From positions 15,285 to 79,284 of the forward strand of contig CAZZJS010000002.1 in assembly GCA_964654855.1 (NCBI GenBank): a stretch of DNA of 64,000 bases, read 5' to 3'. Shown here in pieces: positions 1 through 9,746 of this stretch. The translations under genes were made by a program, and so were the position numbers. The number at the start of each line of letters is the position of its first letter. Position 1 is the stretch's first letter. The stretch comes from an uncultured Rickettsiales bacterium (lineage in GTDB: Bacteria > Pseudomonadota > Alphaproteobacteria > Rickettsiales > JALZUV01). The notes under the pieces are model-generated. The model was not told where the DNA came from. It saw only the letters and a program-made list of their open reading frames with translations, and did not search any database.

Positions 1-459
1 ATTGAGCATTTCGTGGAGCATTACGCACAAAAAAACAATTCTGCGACTCCTACCCTTACCGATGAAGCGACAGATTATCTATTACAATATGAATGGCCAG
101 GAAATGTCCGTGAACTAGAAACAGCAATTCAGCGCGCAGTGATTCTTGATACAGATGGCTCAATTAGCGTGAGTGCCTTCACTCACTTTCTTTCCAATAC
201 CGCCTATATGGGGCAACCCGACCTTAATATTACGGGAGAAATAAATGGACATGTTGGTCTCCGCAATCAACAAGGGCAATTCAAGCCACTAAAGGCAATG
301 GAATGGGAAATTATGGAGCAAGTCCTCAATGCTTATCAAGGTAATGTCGTGGCAGCTTCAAAAGCATTAGGTATTGGGAAATCAACTCTTTATCGCCGTA
401 TTGATGAAGAAAAAGAAGGTGACACTCTTACAGAACCTGTCGAAGATACTGGAACTTGA
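1..459 (+). CDS. sigma54-dependent enhancer-binding protein, C-terminal part (end of AAA+ domain + Fis-type HTH); 5' truncated by window edge; SypG-like by context
   Basis: Frame open from base 1; YEWPGNVRELETAIQRA motif and C-terminal AASKALGIGKSTLYRRI HTH. Confidence 0.9.
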   Translation: MEHFVEHYAQKNNSATPTLTDEATDYLLQYEWPGNVRELETAIQRAVILDTDGSISVSAFTHFLSNTAYMGQPDLNITGEINGHVGLRNQQGQFKPLKAMEWEIMEQVLNAYQGNVVAASKALGIGKSTLYRRIDEEKEGDTLTEPVEDTGT

Positions 460-1331
460 GCTTGGCTGCGAGGTTTGGATACACAATCCTCGATTGCCTG
501 CTTCAATTTAACCGCCTGAAACGGCTTACTTAAGTAATGGTTCACTCCTAATATCTCTGATTCATATTGATCTTCTTTTCGCTGACTTCCACTGAGCATA
601 ATAATCGCCGCATGCGCATCTACTTGCCGGAGCCATCGGGCAACCTCGCACCCAGACATATCAGGTAACCCAATATCAAGAATACACAAATCTGGCTGTT
701 GGTTCAAAAACTCATACACTGCAGATTGCGCGTTGAACGCTCGAATTAAATGATAATCTCGACCTACAATGCTACGTAACAGGCTATGAATATGTGGTTC
801 ATCATCAATCACCAAGATCGTGGGTATTTGAGAGTTTTTTGTAAATTTCTCTGTATAATAGTCATCACTCACTTCGGCACTGACGGGAGGAAGAGAAAGT
901 TTTTTTGTCGCAGGATCGCGCAAATCTGCTTGCATCATTTGCTGTAAATAAGGCAAAGCCTGATCAATGGTTCCATACTGAATTGCAGAATCATCTACTG
1001 GTACAACTTCGCCTATTTCTTCAGTATATCCATAAAAATTGGAAAGATTTTCAACAACACCTTCCACATCCAAAATATTATCGCTACAGAGTAAAATAAT
1101 AGTATGCGTTTCTTCAATGAAACAATGCCAGAGTATATCACTCGTTCTCTCGATCACATTAAACATCTGCGGCAAACTATTCTCACTAATCGCACGATGA
1201 CGCTCTTTCGAAACACCTAAAGCCTCAATATTTACCATAATAACGTGCCACTTGGCTTCGCCTTCATATGAAATATCAGTTAATTTACTCTTCAAAGACT
1301 GATAGTTACTCTCTCGTATTATCGTTTCCAT
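390..1331 (-). CDS. Response regulator with unrecognised N-terminal domain and C-terminal REC domain
   Basis: ILVIDDEP...DLCILDIGLPDMSG...LSG...YLSKPF; 3' end overlaps the convergent activator gene by about 70 bp. Confidence 0.8.
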   Translation of the reverse strand: METIIRESNYQSLKSKLTDISYEGEAKWHVIMVNIEALGVSKERHRAISENSLPQMFNVIERTSDILWHCFIEETHTIILLCSDNILDVEGVVENLSNFYGYTEEIGEVVPVDDSAIQYGTIDQALPYLQQMMQADLRDPATKKLSLPPVSAEVSDDYYTEKFTKNSQIPTILVIDDEPHIHSLLRSIVGRDYHLIRAFNAQSAVYEFLNQQPDLCILDIGLPDMSGCEVARWLRQVDAHAAIIMLSGSQRKEDQYESEILGVNHYLSKPFQAVKLKQAIEDCVSKPRSQAQVPVSSTGSVRVSPSFSSSIRR

Positions 1332-1346
1332 ATCTCTTTATTCTCC

Positions 1347-2807
1347 TTAAATATAAAACCATTCACCAGCCAGCATTAGACACATAATGGCTAAAAATGT
1401 TCCTGCGGTACTACGTATGGTTTGTATTTTGCTGATAGGTAAGATATCTGCCATTTTATTAACAGAGCGGCGCCCCAGCGAATGGTAGCTAATATCAGTC
1501 TCTTCCATTTTCTTAGGGTCATAAATATTGCGTAAATCTAACATGAGAGCACTACGCATCAGCACTCCTATTTTTGATAAATCTAAATTTGTAAATTCAG
1601 ACCACTCTGTCGCGATAATTACCATATCTGCATTCTGAACGGCATGATAGGCATCAGCGGCATAATGAACGGTTTCAGGCAATTGCACCTTCGCATCTTC
1701 CATTGCCAATGGATCATAGACTACAAGATCAGCACTTTCCTTCACAAGCGCTCGAATTAATTCAAGCGCTGGGCTATCACGCATATCATCGGTACCAGCT
1801 TTAAACGCAAGCCCTAAGACTGCAATACGTTTACCCGAAACGCCATCCGTTAGCTCGCGAATGCGCTTCATAATACGCCCATGACGTGCTTCATTACTCA
1901 CCATCACACTATGCATAACACTCATAGGGGCATTAAAATGATTACCTATATGGACAAGAGCTTTTGAATCTTTTGGAAAACAAGAACCACCGAACCCAGG
2001 CCCAGGATTTAGAAACTGCGTGCCAATACGGCTATCGTAACCAATGCCACGTTTAATATCGTCCATATTACCACCGAGCTTCTCAGACAAATCAGCCAAC
2101 TCATTGGCAAAACAAACCTTCGTTGCTAACAGTCCATTCGCGGCATATTTAATAAGTTCTGCACTAACTGTATCGGTTTCAACCAACGCAATACCATTAC
2201 TAGTCAAAGGGCGATATAATCGATTCATTATATCACTCGCTTGTTGGCTATTGCTGCCGACAACGATGCGCTCAGCTTGCATGAAATCTTTAATCGCTGA
2301 ACCTTCACGTAAAAATTCAGGATTTGAAATAACATCTACTTCAACATCCCAATCTACATCAAGGCCAGCCCTTTCACGAGCAGCGTATATTTTGCGTTCA
2401 ACCAACGAAGCAGTGTTTGGAGGAACAGTCGATTTATTGACTATTACCGTATAACCTTCCAAATGTTTTGACACTTCTTCAGCAGCTTGAATCACATACG
2501 TTAGATCTGCTTTACCGTCCTCACGGGATGGGGTACCTACACATAAAAATACAATATCGGCCTCAGACACCGATTGCCCGAAATGATTAGAAAACTGCAA
2601 CTTACCTAGCTCAATATTGCGCTGTAATATCTCTTCTAGCCCTTCTTCATAAATGGTTGGAATTCCCTGCTTTAGTTGTGTAATTTTTTGCTTATCAGTA
2701 TCAATACAGGTAACGCGATGGCCTATTTCTGCCAAACAACAACCCGTCACAAGCCCTACATAACCTGTGCCAATAACGGTAATCTTGAGTGAAGGTGTTT
2801 TCATCAT
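1347..2807 (-). CDS. ugd: UDP-glucose 6-dehydrogenase
   Basis: GTGYVG Rossmann motif, SNPEFLREG, KYAANG, catalytic GFGGSCFPKD, LGLAFKAGTDDMRDSP. Confidence 0.95.
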   Translation of the reverse strand: MMKTPSLKITVIGTGYVGLVTGCCLAEIGHRVTCIDTDKQKITQLKQGIPTIYEEGLEEILQRNIELGKLQFSNHFGQSVSEADIVFLCVGTPSREDGKADLTYVIQAAEEVSKHLEGYTVIVNKSTVPPNTASLVERKIYAARERAGLDVDWDVEVDVISNPEFLREGSAIKDFMQAERIVVGSNSQQASDIMNRLYRPLTSNGIALVETDTVSAELIKYAANGLLATKVCFANELADLSEKLGGNMDDIKRGIGYDSRIGTQFLNPGPGFGGSCFPKDSKALVHIGNHFNAPMSVMHSVMVSNEARHGRIMKRIRELTDGVSGKRIAVLGLAFKAGTDDMRDSPALELIRALVKESADLVVYDPLAMEDAKVQLPETVHYAADAYHAVQNADMVIIATEWSEFTNLDLSKIGVLMRSALMLDLRNIYDPKKMEETDISYHSLGRRSVNKMADILPISKIQTIRSTAGTFLAIMCLMLAGEWFYI

Positions 2808-2842
2808 CTAACTCTTTCTTAAATTAATGTTATTTAAGAAGT

Positions 2843-2858
2843 AGCAAAGGCAATGCCA
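2843..2858 (-). promoter_or_regulatory. sigma54 -24/-12 promoter for ugd
   Basis: Minus strand TGGCAT-TGCCT-TTGCT (GG-N10-GC), about 35 bp upstream of the start codon. Confidence 0.75.
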
Positions 2859-2931
2859 GCACATAACTCACTGTATTATAATTCTTTTTATATTTGGAAT
2901 TCAAAAAACTTTCCCAATCTGAATAAAAACC

Positions 2932-2946
2932 TTCCGAAATTGGGAG
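2932..2946. promoter_or_regulatory. Candidate activator-binding palindrome between two divergent sigma54 promoters
   Basis: TTCCG-AAATT-GGGAG; half-site TTCCCAATCT at 2911. Confidence 0.5.
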
Positions 2947-3068
2947 CTTTTGGGACTTCTCATCCAAGCTTGTTCAAAGCACCTTCCGATAGAACAAAAC
3001 ACTTAAGCTAATGTTTTATATAACCATATGGACAACACTCCACGCCTAAAAAATCGATAAGTTCGAGC

Positions 3069-3084
3069 TGGTACGGTTACTGCT
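3069..3084 (+). promoter_or_regulatory. sigma54 -24/-12 promoter for the REC-exosortase-GT operon
   Basis: TGGTAC-GGTTA-CTGCT (GG-N10-GC), 31 bp upstream of ATG 3116. Confidence 0.6.
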
Positions 3085-3115
3085 TAGCTATAGAGACATA
3101 CATAAAGGATAGATT

Positions 3116-3535
3116 ATGGAACTATATGCAAGAACAGATACCTCCTCCCATTCAGGATTAAAAATACTGATCGCAGAAGATGACATGACACATTTCATGC
3201 ACCTCTCCTCACTATTGCGAAAACGTGGGTATTACGTAAAAGTCGTAAATAATGGAAAGGATGCTTTGCACATGCTGCAAACAGAACCTTTTCATGCATT
3301 TTTTCTAGATTTGATGTTGCCTAAAGTCGATGGATTCGAAGTCATTGAAAAGTTACAAGAAACTCCTGAGTTACAAAAAACTCCTGTAATCATTACCTCA
3401 GCGCATATCATGCGTAACTTTATGCACCGGTTCCCTCAAGACAGTGTGAAAGGCTTTTTACCAAAACCTATCGATCCTTCTGTGCTAGATGGAGCATTGA
3501 GAAAAGTAGAGGGTCATGCACCTATCTCATCATAA
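3116..3535 (+). CDS. Single-domain response regulator (REC)
   Basis: KILIAEDD...FFLDLMLPKVDG...ITSA...LPKP. Confidence 0.9.
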   Translation: MELYARTDTSSHSGLKILIAEDDMTHFMHLSSLLRKRGYYVKVVNNGKDALHMLQTEPFHAFFLDLMLPKVDGFEVIEKLQETPELQKTPVIITSAHIMRNFMHRFPQDSVKGFLPKPIDPSVLDGALRKVEGHAPISS

Positions 3536-4367
3536 ACTGCTCGCATGGATCGCATTGATTGGCTGCTTAAATGGGCTTAGTCGATCTATACTCGTTTCAA
3601 TATCAGAGCATGGTATAGTCAATGCGGTTATATCTGGGTTCCATCTCAATTTATTTGTCGTGATTGCCATTATCGCTGCATTGCGCCTGATAATAGGCGC
3701 AAAAGATAGCCACCCCCTCACGCTTACCGATAAGCATATAATCTCATTATTTTTCATTATATTAATGATTCCCAGCGCTATGACTAGCTGGTCTACTCTG
3801 GCTTGTTTCTCACTTTGGTGTATCTGGAAATATCGTCATAACCCGCGGGTATGTGCTGGCTTTTCTATCCTATTGGCCGTTGGAATACGTGAGCCAGTAG
3901 TGATGATATTGTTAAAAAGTCTGGCACCCGTGGTGCTAACTTTAGATGCAGTATTCGCACAAACATTTGCTGACTTTATGGGATTGTCTTCTCAACGCCA
4001 TGATAACCTAATTACTACAGAGCAAGGTCGATCAATTCTTATTCTCGCAGGGTGTTCTTCAGTCAGCAACCTTTCCCTAATTTGGTTAGGGTGGCTGGTC
4101 GTAGCACGCAACCTATCTTATCAATGGCAAAAACGTGATGCACTCGCACTTACAACACTCACCCTGATGGTACTAATACTTAACTGGCTTCGCCTAGCAG
4201 TGCTAACTCTCTCTCAAGAAGCGTATCACTGGCTCCATGGTGAGACCGGCCTCATAGTATATCAAACCATATTACTCATTCTGATGTTTCTAATTATTCG
4301 GAGGATCTATGCAAAAGAGATTATGGATTATTATCATCCTGCTCGCCAGCATCACGCTGTGGGGTAA
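3516..4367 (+). CDS. Exosortase/archaeosortase-family membrane transpeptidase
   Basis: About 8 hydrophobic segments with Cys (ILAGCSSVSNL), Arg (LNWLRLAVL) and His (YHWLHGETG) in the exosortase order. Confidence 0.75.
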   Translation: MHLSHHKLLAWIALIGCLNGLSRSILVSISEHGIVNAVISGFHLNLFVVIAIIAALRLIIGAKDSHPLTLTDKHIISLFFIILMIPSAMTSWSTLACFSLWCIWKYRHNPRVCAGFSILLAVGIREPVVMILLKSLAPVVLTLDAVFAQTFADFMGLSSQRHDNLITTEQGRSILILAGCSSVSNLSLIWLGWLVVARNLSYQWQKRDALALTTLTLMVLILNWLRLAVLTLSQEAYHWLHGETGLIVYQTILLILMFLIIRRIYAKEIMDYYHPARQHHAVG

Positions 4368-4791
4368 GGTCATGCGTTATCATACGCCTCTTCACAACAT
4401 AGAAGAGCATGTAAACATACAGTTAGAAAACACCATGAAAGAGCAAGGTTTCGAGCTTCTGGCACACCAAACCCTCACTTCAAGCGGTGTATTCTCTGCC
4501 TATCATTACACACACCAAAACTGTATTGGAGAGCTTACGATTACTCCTCTTTTCAAAAGCGCAGAAGCCGTCAGCATGGTTCAAAAGGACAGCCAAAAAC
4601 CAGTTTTCTATTATCGCCATTATCAAGGCGAAGCATTTCCGAACTGGTATTATCTCTGGCGCGAAGGAATTGCCCCATTACGACGCATGGCAGAGCTAGA
4701 AACCATTACCTTTCCCGCTGTTCTAGCGATATATGATCCATCAAATTGCGTGCAAGATGCATCCCTTTCGTTTGAGGAGTTCTGGCAATGA
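4309..4791 (+). CDS. Exosortase-adjacent protein with one N-terminal TM/signal segment (EpsI-like position)
   Basis: Hydrophobic LWIIIILLASITLWG followed by a soluble domain; overlaps exosortase 3' end; ATGA overlap with next gene. Confidence 0.55.
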   Translation: MQKRLWIIIILLASITLWGKVMRYHTPLHNIEEHVNIQLENTMKEQGFELLAHQTLTSSGVFSAYHYTHQNCIGELTITPLFKSAEAVSMVQKDSQKPVFYYRHYQGEAFPNWYYLWREGIAPLRRMAELETITFPAVLAIYDPSNCVQDASLSFEEFWQ

Positions 4792-5828
4792 GTCATTTCC
4801 TAAATAAAAAACAAGAAATTTGGCTAACAGTCGATTCCCGTCACTTTGGTGGAATTGAAACACATCTTTACCAACTAGCCACTGGATTGGTCAAAACAGG
4901 CTATCACCCACGTATTGTCTTCTTACGCGATTACGGCAAACACCCTTTAAGAAAGGCATTGCAAAAAGCCGAAATTCCCATCACTACTCTCACCCACCCT
5001 TTACGAGGATGGAAAGAAGCAATCTCACATTATAAACCTGCTTTGATTCATACACATGGTTATAAAGCAGGAATATTAGGCCGCCTCGCCGCTTATCGAA
5101 ATAATATTGCCTGTGTGTCTACCTATCATAGCGGAGATGCCAATAATGGTCGCTTAAAATGCTATCGCTGGTTCGATGAGCACACCGCTTCGCTCGCACA
5201 AAAGGTGATTGCCATAAGCGAGAATGTGGCTGCACGACTCCCCTCTCATGCGGCTATTATCCCTAACTTTGTGCCTGTTCCTTCAGATATCACTGAGCAT
5301 ACCGGTAAGCACATTGCCTTTGTTGGTCGACTTTCACACGAAAAAGGGCCTGACTATTTTGTAGAACTCGCAAAATCACTCCCCCAACACCTCTTTACCG
5401 TATATGGCGATGGCCCCATGCGCGAAACATTAGATGTTGTAGAAAATTTGAATTTTATTGGACAAGTCGATTCAATGGAACCTCACTGGCAAAAGATTGA
5501 TTTGCTTATTATGCCTTCTCGCCGCGAAGGTTTACCACTCGCAGCCTTAGAATCCATGGCACATAGAATCCCCGTAATCGCAAGCGCCGTAGGTGGTCTC
5601 CCCTCTCTTATACAAGATAAAGAAAACGGATTTTTGGTAGAAACCGGTAACCTCGCAGAATTGAGTAAGATTGCCTCTCATTGGTACCAGTTAGATGAGG
5701 TCACTCGCCAAACCATATGCCAAAAAGCGCAACAAACAGTTCGCGAGCAATACTCACCAGAAGTCATTTTACCGCAAATTATTCAACAATATGAGGAAGC
5801 TTATGCGCATCGGCACCCTACTCGGTAG
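4788..5828 (+). CDS. GT4 glycosyltransferase (SypH-like)
   Basis: GGIETH, HTHGYKA, FVGRLSHEKG, PSRREGLPLAALESMA. Confidence 0.9.
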   Translation: MSHFLNKKQEIWLTVDSRHFGGIETHLYQLATGLVKTGYHPRIVFLRDYGKHPLRKALQKAEIPITTLTHPLRGWKEAISHYKPALIHTHGYKAGILGRLAAYRNNIACVSTYHSGDANNGRLKCYRWFDEHTASLAQKVIAISENVAARLPSHAAIIPNFVPVPSDITEHTGKHIAFVGRLSHEKGPDYFVELAKSLPQHLFTVYGDGPMRETLDVVENLNFIGQVDSMEPHWQKIDLLIMPSRREGLPLAALESMAHRIPVIASAVGGLPSLIQDKENGFLVETGNLAELSKIASHWYQLDEVTRQTICQKAQQTVREQYSPEVILPQIIQQYEEAYAHRHPTR

Positions 5829-6963
5829 TTTCCCTGTTTTATCTGAAAGTTTTATTCGTAATGAAATTCATGCATTGCGTAAAACCGGCCTACCCGTTGA
5901 TATCGTTGCGATGGTTAAGGAGGAGAGCACACAGCTTTCCAAACAAGAACAGGAATTGGTAAAGACTGCCACCTATTTGCAAGATCTACCACCCCCATCG
6001 TGGAGTAAGGTATTAAAATTCCTACCCAATATCCTATCAATCATCCCATTTTTGTGGGCACAGAAAGAATTATCACCAGCATCCTTGCTTTATCACGGTA
6101 TCAGAATAGCCCTTAAAGGCTATGAGCTAGGATGGACACATATCCATACGCATTTTGCTTGGGGGCATGCTTCTTACGCGATTGTAGCCGCAAAGTTATT
6201 AAACATTCCCGTTACCTTAACGTGCCATGGATCGGATGTGTATGCCACACCACAAGACTTGCAGGCCAAGTTAGATCATAGTGATTCGATCATTGCCGTA
6301 TGCGATGAAATGCGAGAAACTCTTGCCGCACAAACGCACACTCCTATACAGATAATTGCTTGCGGAGTGGATACAGACGAATTTACTCCACTAAAAACGA
6401 AGAAATCGAATGGTCGATTATTATTCGTCGGACGCTTAATCGATTGCAAAGGCGTGGACGATTTACTGCATGCAATGACTGCATTACCCACCAAACACCG
6501 ATTACCTCTAGATATTATCGGTGATGGCCCTTTGCGCGCTGAACTTGAACAACTCAGCAAAGAATTAGAATTAGACGAGTCAGTTTCTTTCTTAGGCGCA
6601 AAACCAGCCAACTGGTTGAAAAAGAATGGCCCGCATTATCATGCATTTGTCTCTGCATTTCGAGAAGGAGAAGACGGTGCTAAGGATACTGGTCCCATCG
6701 TAATCAAGGAAGCAATGGCAATGGGTTTGCCCATTATAAGCACTGAATTTATGGGAATTCCAGAGATGGTTGACCCCACTTGTGGCACCCTTATTCCTCC
6801 TAAAAATCGCGAAGCATTGCAGCAAGCTCTCTTCCAGCTTTGGGAAAAACCAGAGAGCAAACGACTCAGAATGGGAGAAAATGGCCGAAAGAAGTTAATC
6901 GATAATTTCTCGATTAACAAGCAAATACACGATCTTAGGTCGTTATGGAGTGATCTGGCATAA
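5803..6963 (+). CDS. GT4 glycosyltransferase (SypI/J-like)
   Basis: FPVLSESFIRNEI, HIHTHF, FVGRLIDCKG, DTGPIVIKEAMAMG; start chosen at the ATG after a GAGG SD. Confidence 0.9.
   Translation: MRIGTLLGSFPVLSESFIRNEIHALRKTGLPVDIVAMVKEESTQLSKQEQELVKTATYLQDLPPPSWSKVLKFLPNILSIIPFLWAQKELSPASLLYHGIRIALKGYELGWTHIHTHFAWGHASYAIVAAKLLNIPVTLTCHGSDVYATPQDLQAKLDHSDSIIAVCDEMRETLAAQTHTPIQIIACGVDTDEFTPLKTKKSNGRLLFVGRLIDCKGVDDLLHAMTALPTKHRLPLDIIGDGPLRAELEQLSKELELDESVSFLGAKPANWLKKNGPHYHAFVSAFREGEDGAKDTGPIVIKEAMAMGLPIISTEFMGIPEMVDPTCGTLIPPKNREALQQALFQLWEKPESKRLRMGENGRKKLIDNFSINKQIHDLRSLWSDLA
6832..6846. promoter_or_regulatory. Candidate activator-binding palindrome
   Basis: TTCCA-GCTTT-GGGAA, about 110 bp upstream of the sigma54 site at 6956. 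Confidence 0.45.
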
Positions 6964-6971
6964 GTCATGCT
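6956..6971 (+). promoter_or_regulatory. sigma54 -24/-12 promoter for flippase-ligase-DUF1194
   Basis: TGGCAT-AAGTC-ATGCT (GG-N10-GC) spanning the GT stop codon, 47 bp before ATG 7019. Confidence 0.6.
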
Positions 6972-7018
6972 CCCAACAATTAGCAAGAATTAATTACTAA
7001 TTTTAATAAGGAACATGC

Positions 7019-8323
7019 ATGCGTCACTTTTTTCGCTCTTTAAACCATGCCCTCTGCTACGCGTTGGCGATTGCATTAGGCAAAGGTGTGTCGCTTTTGA
7101 TGCTACCCATTATCACCCATGCATTACCCGTTGCTGATTATGGACGATTAGAGCTAATGGTCGCCATTGCGGATATGGGGGGAGTTTTGCTTGGATTTAG
7201 CCTCGTCGATGCGCTATTTCGTTTCTCGGGCAGTGCTAAAACTCTAAAGCGCTCCAAAAAGCAAGCCGCCTCTATTTTTGGATTATGTTTAGTTTTGGCA
7301 CTTGTTGCGCTTTTATTCGGACAGCTATTAATACCAGCCTTACTACTTATCTTACCTGAATCCGTTATCGAAAGTGAGTTACGCATTCTGCTAGCCACCT
7401 TGTCGTTAACGGCTTTAATACAGGTACCGCTAGCCTGGTTACGCATGCAAGATCATGTGTACCGCTATTGTTTCTTATTTGGCGGGAAGGCACTACTCCA
7501 AGCTGGGCTAATCTGGACAGCACTGCATGCAGGTTATGGTGTTGTAGGTATCTTACTAGCAGGGTTAATGGTCGATCTTCTGCTTTGCGCCATTTTGTGC
7601 GCACAACAATATAGTCAAACTTCTGTGCGCTTTCACTGGTTAGAGACAAAATGTATTCTACCTTATAGCCTGCCTTTAATTCTGGGCGCGTTAGCTTGTT
7701 GTCTGCTCGGCAGTTTTGATCGTTTCTTTTTAGCCCCAATCGTAGGGGAAACGGCCTTGGCTCATTATGCATTAGCCGGTAAATTTGCTTTGATGGTCGC
7801 GCTACTCGCTGAACCTTTTAACATGTGGTGGTTTCCTCGTCGTTTTCGTCTCCTACAAGAACAAGATGGTGCATTACACAGCGCACGCAATGTGATGCTG
7901 GGAGTCGGCTATATTACTATCGCAGCAGCCATGGTTTCTGCGTTAGCTCCTTGTTTAATCACATGGCTAACTCCTGAAACTTATCACTCAGCTACCAAAT
8001 GGGTAGCGCCCTTATGCGGGATCGCGGCCTTACATGCGATCACTAACTTAATGAATATTGGAGTTTATGCAGGACGCACCGGCTGGCTCCCTAGCTTCAT
8101 CAACTTAAGCAGCGCAACTATCGCACTCATCGGATACCTACTACTTATCCCAATACACGGTGTCGGCGGTGCTATTGGTGCCACTTATCTGGCATTCGGA
8201 GTACGATTCGGTCTCTTTTTCTTCCTCAGTCAACAGCGTGTACCCATTCCTTATTTACGAGGTCTCGCCTCATTATGGAGCGATATAGGATTCAAAAGGA
8301 GGCTGTCTTATGAGCTTTCCTAA
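7019..8323 (+). CDS. Wzx-type polysaccharide flippase (SypK-like)
   Basis: Many TM segments; LLMLPIITHALPVADYG; DRFFLAPIVG..ALAHYALA. Confidence 0.85.
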   Translation: MRHFFRSLNHALCYALAIALGKGVSLLMLPIITHALPVADYGRLELMVAIADMGGVLLGFSLVDALFRFSGSAKTLKRSKKQAASIFGLCLVLALVALLFGQLLIPALLLILPESVIESELRILLATLSLTALIQVPLAWLRMQDHVYRYCFLFGGKALLQAGLIWTALHAGYGVVGILLAGLMVDLLLCAILCAQQYSQTSVRFHWLETKCILPYSLPLILGALACCLLGSFDRFFLAPIVGETALAHYALAGKFALMVALLAEPFNMWWFPRRFRLLQEQDGALHSARNVMLGVGYITIAAAMVSALAPCLITWLTPETYHSATKWVAPLCGIAALHAITNLMNIGVYAGRTGWLPSFINLSSATIALIGYLLLIPIHGVGGAIGATYLAFGVRFGLFFFLSQQRVPIPYLRGLASLWSDIGFKRRLSYELS

Positions 8324-9746
8324 TACGGCCAGCATCGCAATGAATGCACACACACCCGCTTCTCCTGCTATACTAACTGGATTGATGTGGCTGTGGTGTC
8401 TTGTGGGTATGGGAGTGCTCTATACCACAAGGGAGCCTCTCTTTTTACTGGTAATGATGATTCTACCACTCAGTGCCATCATGGGACTAAAACTCCCTTT
8501 CTTACTAGCAATGGGCTTTGTGCTATTCTCTTTCTTCCGAATACATGAAGCGTTCCCCTTTTTGATGCCGCTTCATATTCCCAAGCTCCTTTCCTTAGGA
8601 GCAATCGCAAGCTTTAGTTTGCTGTTATTACAGAAGCGTATCAAACTATTCTGGACTACTGAACTCACCTGCTTCGCCCTCTTTTTCTTCTATTGTAGCA
8701 TCAGTATTCTTTTAGCCGAAAACCGTGGATTGGCCTTTGCTTATTGGAGTGGCATTTACGCAAAAATTGCACTCATGGTATTCATCATTACCTACCTTAC
8801 GCGAACGCCACGCCAACTTCGCTGGATTAGCCGACTCATTGTGCTGACAGGTATGACAATTGCTATCGTTGCCATCAAAAACAAATTGCAAGGTATTGGA
8901 CTAGTCGAAGGCACACGCGTAACCATCAGCCGTGATTTAGGTAGCATCTTAGGCGATCCTAATGATCTAGCACTCACTCTACTCTTCCCATTCAGCTTTG
9001 CTATTACCATGGCCATGCGCTGGGGAGTACGGTGGGTAGACCGCTTCGTCGGCATTTTGGGAACAGGCATCATCTTGCTCGCCATTATTTATACGCAGAG
9101 CCGAGGCGGACTGCTTGGGATTGCTACCGTTATATTCACCCTAACCTGGTTTAGAGTACGTTCAAAAACCTTACTTATCGCCGGTGCTTTTTGCGCTGTT
9201 CTAGTATTATTTACATTAGCCGGTATTGCGGATCGCGCATCTGGCGGAACCCATGAAGAAGGACTAGATGAATCCGCCAGTATTCGTTTACATGCATGGA
9301 TGGCAGCTTTCAAAATGGCACTCTATAACCCGTTGACCGGTGTTGGGCTCGACAACTTTTATGCAAATTTCTTTTTCTATTCCGATTTCTGGGACAATAA
9401 AAACCACGCCGTACACTCCACTTGGTTTGGCGTAATGGCCGAAACAGGTTTTGTAGGATTCGGTTTATTTATCGCAATGATTTGGCAGTTATTGCGTACT
9501 GCTCGTAAATTGCATACGGCAACCTTGCATGCTGTACGAGCCGATGGAAAAGCCATTAGCCTTTCCATCACTTCTGAAGCGTTATTGGCAGGTATTCTTT
9601 CGTTCATTGTTTCTGGAACGTTCCTTACTCAGGGCTTTACCTGGCCAATATACATTCTGCTCGCACTAACCGTTGCGACCGTTCATATCCATCAGCAAAC
9701 GCTGAAAGATTCACACAGAAACCAATTAAACAGGAGATTATTATGA
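8310..9746 (+). CDS. O-antigen ligase/Wzy-type polymerase (SypL-like)
   Basis: LGDPNDLA, YTQSRGGLLG, SASIRLHAW, PLTGVGLDNF, HAVHSTW. Confidence 0.9.
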   Translation: MSFPNTASIAMNAHTPASPAILTGLMWLWCLVGMGVLYTTREPLFLLVMMILPLSAIMGLKLPFLLAMGFVLFSFFRIHEAFPFLMPLHIPKLLSLGAIASFSLLLLQKRIKLFWTTELTCFALFFFYCSISILLAENRGLAFAYWSGIYAKIALMVFIITYLTRTPRQLRWISRLIVLTGMTIAIVAIKNKLQGIGLVEGTRVTISRDLGSILGDPNDLALTLLFPFSFAITMAMRWGVRWVDRFVGILGTGIILLAIIYTQSRGGLLGIATVIFTLTWFRVRSKTLLIAGAFCAVLVLFTLAGIADRASGGTHEEGLDESASIRLHAWMAAFKMALYNPLTGVGLDNFYANFFFYSDFWDNKNHAVHSTWFGVMAETGFVGFGLFIAMIWQLLRTARKLHTATLHAVRADGKAISLSITSEALLAGILSFIVSGTFLTQGFTWPIYILLALTVATVHIHQQTLKDSHRNQLNRRLL

